From the NCBI GenBank assembly GCA_017525035.1, contig JAFXTH010000023.1, forward strand, positions 115,687 to 179,686: a DNA stretch of 64,000 nucleotides, written 5' to 3'. Each line of letters begins with the position of its first letter. Positions within the stretch are counted from its first letter, which is position 1. The stretch comes from Bacilli bacterium (GTDB taxonomy: Bacteria; Bacillota_I; Bacilli_A; RF39; UBA660). Made by a program: the position numbers and the translations under genes. This document shows, one piece after another, positions 56,080 through 64,000 of this stretch. A model generated the notes under the pieces. The model searched no databases, was not told where the DNA came from, and saw only the letters and a program-made list of their open reading frames with translations.

Positions 56080-56823
56080 TTATTTGTTTTTTCTTTTAGT
56101 TGCTGGCTTTTTTGTTTTTGCTGCTGATTTTTTTGATACAGTTTTTTTAGTTGCTTTTTGTGTCTCTTCTACTTCAACTTCTGTTTTCTTTGCTTCTTTT
56201 TTAACAGTTACTGCATCGTCATCCATAGCGAAAATTCTATCTAATCTTGCTTCTTCTTTATTTGCTCTTCTTGTAAAGAATACTAATGCTGCAATACCAA
56301 CTACTACTACACCTAAGATTACTAATGTTATAACATCGCTATCTTTTGTTTTTTCATCACTTGGTGATACTGTTGGAGTAACAGTTCCTTCTAAACAATT
56401 TGATTTACCTGCTGCTATGCATCCAACTACATCTTTGTCACCTTGTTTATATGCTGTATCAATAACTTCTTCTAGATTTTGACTATAAGCTGCTGCTGCA
56501 TATAAATCACTTATTACAACAAATGGTGTTCCTTCATATGAAGCATCTTCAAATCCTGCTTGTAAGAATGTTTCTGCTACTTGAACTCCTAAAGCATAGT
56601 CCTTTCCTTCTTCCCACTCAACATGGTCAACATATAATTCTTTTCTAACTATTTCAAACTTTTCTCCATAGCTATCTAGTGATTCAAGATATTCAATCTC
56701 TGCTTCACAATATGGGCATCCTCCAGCTTCGAAAATATAAACTTTTACTTTTCCTTCAGCATTTACAGACATTGGTAATAATACCATAACTGCAACTATT
56801 AATGATAATAATATTTTTTTCAT
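56080..56823 (-). CDS. Secreted, C-terminally anchored thioredoxin/glutaredoxin-like protein (CPYC)
   Basis: Signal peptide ending VNA, motif GGCPYCEAE, C-terminal TM segment VITLVILGVVVVGIAALVFF and a Lys-rich tail. Confidence 0.6.
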   Translation of the reverse strand: MKKILLSLIVAVMVLLPMSVNAEGKVKVYIFEAGGCPYCEAEIEYLESLDSYGEKFEIVRKELYVDHVEWEEGKDYALGVQVAETFLQAGFEDASYEGTPFVVISDLYAAAAYSQNLEEVIDTAYKQGDKDVVGCIAAGKSNCLEGTVTPTVSPSDEKTKDSDVITLVILGVVVVGIAALVFFTRRANKEEARLDRIFAMDDDAVTVKKEAKKTEVEVEETQKATKKTVSKKSAAKTKKPATKRKNK

Positions 56824-56915
56824 TTTAATTACTTCCTCCTACCCTCTAAAAAATATTTTAGCATATTTTTTCTTTGATTTACAAATATATTTCAAATTTT
56901 CATCAAAATATCACA

Positions 56916-57995
56916 TTATTTATCTTTAGTGGTTAATTTCTCTAATTCTACTCCGCTTATCATATTGAATTTTTTAGTTATCTTATCACTTGTAATTTGA
57001 ACTTCTTCAACTTCCTTATTAACTGATTGAATGCTCTTTGCAAGTTTGTCCCATCTATCCTTATACCTTTCAAATTCAACACCAAGTTTATTTAATTCTT
57101 CATGGATAATTGAAGTATATTTATCTCTTTCAATATTCTTAATAATCATTTGAATTACTGTAAGCGTAGACATAAGTGTTGTTGGTGACGTAATCCATAC
57201 TCTTTTCTTATAAGCATATTCGATTAAATCACTATGATATGCATTTATCTCAGCAAAAATTGCTTCTGCTGGCAAGAACATTATTGCCTGATCAGTTGTT
57301 ACATCCTTAATTATATATTTTTCACTAATTGCATCTATATGTTTTTTAACATCTTGTTTGAACTGTTTTTCATATCTTTCACGTATATCTGCAGGTAACT
57401 TTTTATCTACCATCATACGATAATTCTCAAGTGGAAATTTTGAGTCAATCGCAATTGTTCCTAAAGGCTGTGGTGCAAACAATATTGAGTCAACCATAGT
57501 ACCATTTGGTAAAGTATATTGCAATTGATATATTTTATTGTTAGATTCTCCAAATACACTTTTGAAAATATGGTTTAGATTAACTTCACCGAATATACCT
57601 CTTGATTTTTTATCAGTTAAAATACTTTGTAAAGAAACTATATCAGTTGATAGAGATTCAATCTTTTTTTGTGCCTCATCAATCTTACTTAATCTTTCCA
57701 AAATGTTTGTAAATGTCTTATTTGTTTTCTCAAAATTTTGTTCAAGACGATCATTTACTTTATCATTAATTTGATTCAATCTTTCTTCTATTTTTCTTTG
57801 TAGAGCTTCAAAGTTAGAATTAATATCTTTTGTTAAATCACTATTAAAATCATTTATTTCTTTATTAATATTAACTTCAAATCTTCCAAGTCTTTCAGTC
57901 ATATTAGCTTCGTCCATTTTTTCTTTTTTATTTGCAAAAATGATAATTAGACAAAGTATTATTAATACTATTAACAAGGCAATAATTATGTATTC
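56916..57995 (-). CDS. rmuC: DNA recombination protein RmuC
   Basis: N-terminal TM segment, long coiled coil, and C-terminal block VDSILFAP...IAIDSKFPLENY...AIMFLPAEAIF typical of RmuC. The start is trimmed to 57995 after AGGAGG. Confidence 0.8.
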   Translation of the reverse strand, partial: EYIIIALLIVLIILCLIIIFANKKEKMDEANMTERLGRFEVNINKEINDFNSDLTKDINSNFEALQRKIEERLNQINDKVNDRLEQNFEKTNKTFTNILERLSKIDEAQKKIESLSTDIVSLQSILTDKKSRGIFGEVNLNHIFKSVFGESNNKIYQLQYTLPNGTMVDSILFAPQPLGTIAIDSKFPLENYRMMVDKKLPADIRERYEKQFKQDVKKHIDAISEKYIIKDVTTDQAIMFLPAEAIFAEINAYHSDLIEYAYKKRVWITSPTTLMSTLTVIQMIIKNIERDKYTSIIHEELNKLGVEFERYKDRWDKLAKSIQSVNKEVEEVQITSDKITKKFNMISGVELEKLTTKDK

Positions 57996-58078
57996 CATAT
58001 ACCCTCCTATCACATACTTACTATTATAATACAAGTAGAAAGTTATTTAAAGAAAAAAACAACTATATATAATAGTTG

Positions 58079-58399
58079 TTATTTCATGGAATTATTTTGC
58101 ATTATTTCTAGTACTTTGTCAAAATTATCATCATCGGCCATAACATTTCTTTTTATAGCCCCACACTTAGCACATTTATATACAATTTTATACTTATCTT
58201 TAGGTCCTTTTTCAATATTAATTGGTATTAATGTACCCTTACAATCTGCCTTCCTATCGCCTGGATTTATATCTACGTGTTTAGAAGATAAGCAATGATT
58301 GCAATGGTCCCTAGCAGTATAATTTAGTTTGGGCACTTTCTCGTGACAAACATCACAAATAAATTCTTCATCTATCATTGTAAATTTCTTATCTTCCAT
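58079..58399 (-). CDS. RNHCP domain protein (zinc-ribbon)
   Basis: FICDVCHEKV...ARDHCNHCLSSKH...CKG...YKCAKCG, containing the eponymous (R/D)-x-HC-x-(P/H)-type motif. Confidence 0.65.
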   Translation of the reverse strand: MEDKKFTMIDEEFICDVCHEKVPKLNYTARDHCNHCLSSKHVDINPGDRKADCKGTLIPINIEKGPKDKYKIVYKCAKCGAIKRNVMADDDNFDKVLEIMQNNSMK

Positions 58400-58435
58400 A
58401 ACATACCTCGCCAAAAAAATCTTAGCAACATTGTT

Positions 58436-58735
58436 CTATTTTGTCAAATGTTCATATAGTTTATATGCATTATAACCACCACTAATATTTACAACATCAT
58501 ATCCCATTTCATTTAGTTTTTGGCAGGTTAATTTACTGCTAACTCCATATTCACAATATATATAATATGTGTCTTCATTATTTAAATAGTTACTAGCATT
58601 CATAATCAAAAAATTCATTGGTATATTTTTAGAATTTGGAATATTTCCTATATTAAATCTATAATTATCCCTTATATCAATGATATTTATGTTATTCAGA
58701 TTATTAATTACTTCCTCAATAGAAACTTCTCTCAT
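58436..58735 (-). CDS. Rhodanese-like domain protein
   Basis: IIDIRDNYRFNIGNIPNSKNIP and active-site loop YCEYGVSS, then ISGGYNAY. The start is trimmed to 58735. Confidence 0.75.
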   Translation of the reverse strand: MREVSIEEVINNLNNINIIDIRDNYRFNIGNIPNSKNIPMNFLIMNASNYLNNEDTYYIYCEYGVSSKLTCQKLNEMGYDVVNISGGYNAYKLYEHLTK

Positions 58736-58791
58736 AATACCTCTTTTCAAAATATTATATGAACTTTCCAAATAAAAAGTGAAAAGCAAGG

Positions 58792-60387
58792 CTATTGTCT
58801 TGCTTTTTTAAATTCTAAATATTCATCGAATGAACATTTCTTATCAATTATTGTTCCATCATCATTGAATTCAATTATTCTATTTGCTACTGTTTCTACA
58901 AATTGGTGGTCATGTGATGCGAATAAAAGTTCACTATTATATTTAATTAATCCATTATTAAGCGCTGTAATACTTTCAAGATCCAAATGGTTAGTCGGTT
59001 CATCAAGTATTAGAAAATTTGATGCTTCTAACATACATTTTGATAGCATGCATCTTGCTTTTTCTCCTCCTGACAAAACATTAACGCCTTTGAACACTTC
59101 TTCCCCAGAAAATAGCATTCTTCCCAAAAATCCTCTAAGTACAGTTTCATCATCAATATTATAGAAACTTCCAATCCACTTTACTATTGAATCAGTTCCT
59201 TTAAAATATTCAGAATTGTCCTGTGGAAAATATGATTTTGTAATTGTAGTTCCCCATTCAATTGAACCAGAATCATATTTCATTTCACCCATTAATATTT
59301 TAAATAATGTTGTTTTAGCAATGTTATTAGTACCAACAAAAGCAATCTTATCACCTTTTTCAACAATAAATGAAACATTATCTAGAATCTTTTTGCCATC
59401 AATTGTTTTAGATAATTTCTTGACTGTTAATATTTGCTTTCCTGATTCCTTACTTGGTTTAAATTCAATGAAAGGATATTTTCTTGAAGAAGGTACAATT
59501 TCATCAAGTTCAATTTTCTCTAACATTTTCTTTCTTGATGTTGCTTGTTTACTTTTCGATGCGTTTGCAGAGAATCTTGCAATAAATGCTTGTAATTCTT
59601 TTATTTTTTCTTCCTTCTTCTTGTTTGATTCTTTCATTTGTTTTAAGGCTAATTGACTTGACTCATACCAGAAGTCATAGTTACCAATATACAATTTTAT
59701 TTTTCCAAAATCTATATCTGCAATGTGAGTACATACTTTATTTAAAAAATGTCTGTCATGAGATACTACTATAACTGTATTTTCAAAATTAATTAAGAAT
59801 TCTTCCAACCAATTGATTGCATCTAAATCAAGGTTATTAGTTGGCTCATCTAATAAAAGTATATCTGGATTTCCAAATAAAGCTTGTGCTAGTAAAACTT
59901 TTACTTTTTGATTATTTGGAATATCCTTCATTAGTGCATAGTGATTGCTTTCCTCTACACCAAGATTGTTTAATAATTCACAAGCCTCACTTTCGGCACT
60001 CCATCCATCCAACTCTGCGAAAGCTGCTTCCAATTCACCTAATTTAATACCATCTTCATCTGTAAAATCAGTTTTGGCATACATTTTTTCTTTTTCTTTC
60101 ATTATTTCAAACAATTTAGTATTACCCATAATAACTGTTTCAACAGGTGTAAATTCATCATAAGCATAATGATCTTGTTTTAATACTGCTAATCTTTCAC
60201 CTTTAGTTATTTCTATATCACCATGAGTTGTTTCAATTTCACCTGATAAAAGTTTTAAAAATGTTGATTTACCAGCACCATTGGCACCAATTAAACCATA
60301 ACAATTTCCTTTTGTAAACTTTAGATTAACATCTTCAAAAAGAGTTCTTTTACCAAATTTTAATGTTACATTGTTCACTTGTATCAT
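58792..60387 (-). CDS. ABC-F family ATPase (YbiT/YdiF-like)
   Basis: Two ABC cassettes without TM domains: GANGAGKST with LLLDEPTNNLD, and LSGGEKARC with LILDEPTNHLD. A charged linker lies between them. Confidence 0.9.
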   Translation of the reverse strand: MIQVNNVTLKFGKRTLFEDVNLKFTKGNCYGLIGANGAGKSTFLKLLSGEIETTHGDIEITKGERLAVLKQDHYAYDEFTPVETVIMGNTKLFEIMKEKEKMYAKTDFTDEDGIKLGELEAAFAELDGWSAESEACELLNNLGVEESNHYALMKDIPNNQKVKVLLAQALFGNPDILLLDEPTNNLDLDAINWLEEFLINFENTVIVVSHDRHFLNKVCTHIADIDFGKIKLYIGNYDFWYESSQLALKQMKESNKKKEEKIKELQAFIARFSANASKSKQATSRKKMLEKIELDEIVPSSRKYPFIEFKPSKESGKQILTVKKLSKTIDGKKILDNVSFIVEKGDKIAFVGTNNIAKTTLFKILMGEMKYDSGSIEWGTTITKSYFPQDNSEYFKGTDSIVKWIGSFYNIDDETVLRGFLGRMLFSGEEVFKGVNVLSGGEKARCMLSKCMLEASNFLILDEPTNHLDLESITALNNGLIKYNSELLFASHDHQFVETVANRIIEFNDDGTIIDKKCSFDEYLEFKKARQ

Positions 60388-60401
60388 ATTATCACCTCAT
60401 A

Positions 60402-61028
60402 TTATGCTTCTCTAAATGATTCGTACCATTTCTTTAATTCGTCTAATCCATCTCCACCAAGATCTTTAAGGTATTCCCACGTAATACTTAATGTAGACTT
60501 GATTTTTTGGAAGTTTTCTCTTGCACTTATGCATAATTTTTCATTATTACTGCAAATTCTAGTTGTTACTTTATAATATAATTCAACTGCTTTACTTTTA
60601 ACTTTAGTATAAATATTTTTAGTAGTTGTTGTTATTTTTTCTTTATATCCAGGAAAGTACTTGTCTATTTTACTATCAAGATATAGTGCTGCTTTTATTA
60701 TTTTTAGCTTTGCACTATCTTTTAATTCACTGAATGTTTTGCCTTTTATTGGCTGGTCATAAAATAGGAAATCTACTATTTTAACAAATCCTTTTTTAAT
60801 TACGTTTTGGTCGTTAGATGTACTCAATCTTTCAAAATATGCATCTATTTCTTCGCCGTCTTTAATTTCATCTTCACTTATAATTACAGTGTTGTTTCCC
60901 TTATCATCGCTTTGCATTTTATTGCTATTCTTATTGTTAATTAGCAACACGATAGAAAATGCTACAACCGTTCCTATTATTAATCCTATTAAAAGATATA
61001 TTATTGAGTTTAAATTAATATTTTTCAT
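60402..61028 (-). CDS. N-terminally anchored hypothetical protein
   Basis: TM segment IIYLLIGLIIGTVVAFSIVLLI. The start is trimmed to 61028 after GGAGTGA. Confidence 0.45.
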   Translation of the reverse strand: MKNINLNSIIYLLIGLIIGTVVAFSIVLLINNKNSNKMQSDDKGNNTVIISEDEIKDGEEIDAYFERLSTSNDQNVIKKGFVKIVDFLFYDQPIKGKTFSELKDSAKLKIIKAALYLDSKIDKYFPGYKEKITTTTKNIYTKVKSKAVELYYKVTTRICSNNEKLCISARENFQKIKSTLSITWEYLKDLGGDGLDELKKWYESFREA

Positions 61029-61135
61029 TTTATCACTCCATTTGTCTCGCATATTGTATCATATTTTTATAAAAATTACTAGGTTAGTGTTATTATTTGT
61101 GACAAAATGTGATATTATTTTTATGGAGTGATTTT

Positions 61136-63112
61136 ATGAGAAAGAAAAATTTATATTTGTTATTATTTTTTATTCTTTTATTTATATATGAGGAGTTAGT
61201 TTTTCATCTAGCGGTATTCGATACAATTACATTTAATTTTGTTTATGTAATTTTATTCTCTATTCCTTTTGGAGTTATTGCTTTTTTAATATCAAATATG
61301 TGGAATAAAATTACAAATATCATTTTATCGTATGTTTTTGTTATAGCAGTTATGCTACTTTTTATTTCTAACTTAATATATTATAAAGTGTATCTTTCTG
61401 TTATCTCAATATACTCTATGATTAATGGTGGACAAGCTTTTGAATTTATGGGTAAGATTTTATCTACTGCTTTTGAAAACTGGTTTGTAATAATTGCTAT
61501 GATTTTACCAATAGTAACATTCATAGTATTACATATATTAAAGATATTTAGATTTGAGAAAAGTACTTGGGCATCTAAAGGTATTCTTTTAGTAGGAACA
61601 ATCATAATGTATGTGCTTACTATTTTAATGGTAAACTTTGCTTCTACTAAAGAAGTTTATTCAAATAAGAACTTATATTACAATATACACTCTCCACTTC
61701 TTACGGTTGATAAGTTTGGATTAGTAACTATGTTTAGATTAGACATTCAAAGATCATTATTTGGATTTTCAGAAAAAGAAATTGATATTTCTCTTGATGA
61801 TTTAAGTACAAGTGTATCTGAAGTTGGATATGCTGAAGAAGTTAAATTTAATGCATTAGAAATAGATTGGAATAAGTTAATTAAAAATGAAAAAGATTCA
61901 ACTATAAAATCAATGCATAAGTATTTTAGTACAGTAGAACCTACTAAACAGAATAAATACACAGGTATGTTTAAAGGAAAGAATTTAGTTGTTTTTGTAG
62001 CTGAAGCTTTCTCACCAATGGCAATAGATAAAGATTTAACACCAAATTTATACAAGTTATATAACGAAGGATTCCAATTTGACAATTTCTACACACCATT
62101 ATTTCCTGTATCAACAGCAGATGGCGAATATATAAGCGATACATCTTTAATTCCAAAAGAAGGTGTATGGAGTATTAAACATATTAACGGAAATTATATG
62201 CCTTACTCTTACGCTAACGTATTTGAAAATTTAGGTTACAAAAGCAGAAGTTATCATAATAATACTTATACATATTACAATCGTGATACATATTTAAAAA
62301 CAATGGGTTATGATTCATATCTTGCCTGTTGGAATGGATTAGAAAAAAGAATCAACTGTAGAGTTTGGCCACAAAGTGATTATCAAATGGTTAAAACAAC
62401 TGTTGACGATTATATAAAGAATGATAAATTTATTACATATTATATGACTGTTAGTGGACACTTAGAATATTCACCTAGTGACAATATGATGACTAGTTGG
62501 AACTGGGATAAAGTTAAAAACTTAAAATACTCTACTGCAGCAAAATCTTATATTGCAGCAAATATTGAGTTTGATAAAGCAATTGGTGAATTGCTAAAAA
62601 GACTTGAAAAAGAAGGAAAACTTGAAGATACTGTTATTGTTATAAGTGGTGATCATTATCCATATGGATTAACACTTGATGAAGTAAATGAATTATCTTC
62701 ATATAAAAAAGATAGAGACTTTGAAATGCATCATATGGCTTTTCTAGTATGGAGTGGTTCAATGGAAGAACCCGTAAAAGTTGAAAAATATGCTAGTAGC
62801 TTAGATATCTTACCTACACTTTTAAATTTATTTGGTATAGAATATGACTCAAGACTATTAATGGGTACAGATATAATGAGTGATTCAAGACCATTAGTAA
62901 TCTATTCAAATAGAAGTTTCATAACAGATAATTGTAGATATAATTCATTAACTGGAAAAATAATTTCTCATGGTGACAAGACATGTACTAAAAAAGAGGT
63001 AGAAAAAATTAACAATATTATCTACAACAAATATAAATATTCTAGATTGATTCTTGAAAATGATTATTATAGAAAACTATATAAAGAATTAGGATGGAAA
63101 ATTAGAAATTAA
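61136..63112 (+). CDS. ltaS: LTA synthase family protein (sulfatase domain)
   Basis: Five N-terminal TM segments and an extracellular sulfatase-type domain (NLVVFVAEAF, ISGDHYPYGL). The start is trimmed to 61136. Confidence 0.8.
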   Translation: MRKKNLYLLLFFILLFIYEELVFHLAVFDTITFNFVYVILFSIPFGVIAFLISNMWNKITNIILSYVFVIAVMLLFISNLIYYKVYLSVISIYSMINGGQAFEFMGKILSTAFENWFVIIAMILPIVTFIVLHILKIFRFEKSTWASKGILLVGTIIMYVLTILMVNFASTKEVYSNKNLYYNIHSPLLTVDKFGLVTMFRLDIQRSLFGFSEKEIDISLDDLSTSVSEVGYAEEVKFNALEIDWNKLIKNEKDSTIKSMHKYFSTVEPTKQNKYTGMFKGKNLVVFVAEAFSPMAIDKDLTPNLYKLYNEGFQFDNFYTPLFPVSTADGEYISDTSLIPKEGVWSIKHINGNYMPYSYANVFENLGYKSRSYHNNTYTYYNRDTYLKTMGYDSYLACWNGLEKRINCRVWPQSDYQMVKTTVDDYIKNDKFITYYMTVSGHLEYSPSDNMMTSWNWDKVKNLKYSTAAKSYIAANIEFDKAIGELLKRLEKEGKLEDTVIVISGDHYPYGLTLDEVNELSSYKKDRDFEMHHMAFLVWSGSMEEPVKVEKYASSLDILPTLLNLFGIEYDSRLLMGTDIMSDSRPLVIYSNRSFITDNCRYNSLTGKIISHGDKTCTKKEVEKINNIIYNKYKYSRLILENDYYRKLYKELGWKIRN

Positions 63113-63143
63113 AAAGAACTTAGAAATCTAAGTTCTTTTTTTT

Positions 63144-64000
63144 CTAGAAGCTGTGACCTCCTCCGCCTCCGGAAGAGCCACCTCCGCCACCGCCTCCTCC
63201 TCCGCCTCCGGAAGAACTATCAGTGTGTGGATTATAAACTCTATGTTCTCCGATTACAGTTCCTGTAATCTCACCTATATCAAATCTAATATTACAATTT
63301 CCTAATACTTCTTTATTGCTTGCTTTCTTAACTTTTGAACAAGCTAATACTATAAAGAAGTTAATGAAAAATGCTGTAGTAATTGCTAAAACAAAGTTAC
63401 TGATGTGTCTCATTGGTTCAGCAATCTTACCACCTTCTAATAGTGTTAGCATTTGTTCAAATACTTTGCTTGCGCATTTATAATATTGTTCAGCTGTCGC
63501 ATATGTATAAACATTATCAGTTATTGATGTTGCTTTACGCTTAGTTATTGTTCTATAGTTTGCACCATCTGAGAAAATATATACGTTTCTATTATCCATA
63601 TCGATGACGAATATAGATCCGCTACTAGTACCATATTCTTTATGATAATAATATTCTGCATATCCTGCCGTGCTCATACTATTTTCTTTTAGTGTTACTA
63701 GTATAATATTACCATATGAAGTTAATGAAATCATTTGATCCTTTAATTTAACTTCTTCATCATCACTAAATAATTCTGCATCATCTATTATTCTTAACTT
63801 GTATTTTGTTTCTTGATTTTCATACTCGTTTGCATTTTGTGTCTCTTGTTCATTATTCTCTATTTCATCTTCATTTTCTTGTGTAGTTTCTACTTCTTCA
63901 AGTTTTTCAGTAAGATTTATTTCTTCATCTTCACCTATTGCGTACACTTTAGTGAATGTTGTGAACAAAAGTAATATTGCTAATATTTTAATTAACTTCT
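63144..64000 (-). CDS. TPM-domain protein with Gly-rich C-terminus (N-terminus lies beyond the right window edge)
   Basis: TPM-like block IFVIDMDNRNVYIFSDG, a TM segment, and the tail SSSGGGGGGGGGGGSSGGGGGHSF. The reading frame stays open to position 64000 (…KLIKILAILLLLFTTFTKVYA). Confidence 0.65.
   Translation of the reverse strand, partial: KLIKILAILLLFTTFTKVYAIGEDEEINLTEKLEEVETTQENEDEIENNEQETQNANEYENQETKYKLRIIDDAELFSDDEEVKLKDQMISLTSYGNIILVTLKENSMSTAGYAEYYYHKEYGTSSGSIFVIDMDNRNVYIFSDGANYRTITKRKATSITDNVYTYATAEQYYKCASKVFEQMLTLLEGGKIAEPMRHISNFVLAITTAFFINFFIVLACSKVKKASNKEVLGNCNIRFDIGEITGTVIGEHRVYNPHTDSSSGGGGGGGGGGGSSGGGGGHSF

Noticed and set aside
1-64000. Alternative genetic code (TGA read as Trp, as in Mollicutes), suggested by the extreme AT-richness
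   Set aside because: Long ORFs are intact under the standard code. Conserved Trp positions are encoded by TGG, for example in the VirD4-like, CysS and TypA genes. Peptidoglycan and LTA genes indicate a walled Firmicute.

Overview
This is an AT-rich chromosomal segment (well under about 30% GC by eye) of Bacillota (Firmicutes) type. It uses the standard genetic code, and almost all genes lie on the minus strand. Housekeeping genes frame the window: ftsA (partial), a short rel, cysS with tRNA-Cys, holA, dagK-like, trmL, typA, rmuC, an ABC-F ATPase, ltaS-like, tRNA-Ala and tRNA-Gly. Two accessory regions stand out. (1) At 0.55-3.5 kb there is a compact class II bacteriocin locus. It has a C39-peptidase ABC exporter, a small accessory protein, and three overlapping small ORFs missing from the ORF track: two double-glycine-leader peptides and a 55-aa hydrophobic candidate immunity peptide. 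(2) At 11.7-38 kb there is a roughly 26 kb, entirely co-oriented cluster. It interleaves a Tad/Flp-type (type IVc) pilus machine (CpaB-, CpaF-, TadB-, TadC-, Flp-, TadE- and TadZ-like) with a Gram-positive type IV secretion/conjugation module: VirB2-, VirB6- and VirB3-like proteins, a split VirB4, a SpoIID+NlpC/P60 wall hydrolase and a VirD4 coupling protein. It also encodes a 1419-aa cysteine-rich secreted protein and a secreted thermonuclease. I see no relaxase, integrase, replication or prepilin-peptidase gene anywhere in the window. The last T4SS operon runs by overlapping stop/start codons into holA. I consider this relaxase-less Tad/T4SS chimera the main candidate for an undescribed system, possibly for DNA uptake or exchange, or for adhesion/secretion. 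Smaller oddities include a tRNA-Gly(UCC) with a non-canonical T-loop, two paralogous tRNA-Gly-derived scar modules bracketing a 4 kb accessory segment, and an orphan HNH / restriction-endonuclease-like pair. Others are a Rel lacking its C-terminal regulatory domains and several extracytoplasmic thioredoxin-fold proteins. All functional calls rest on motifs I recognise by eye; no database search was possible.
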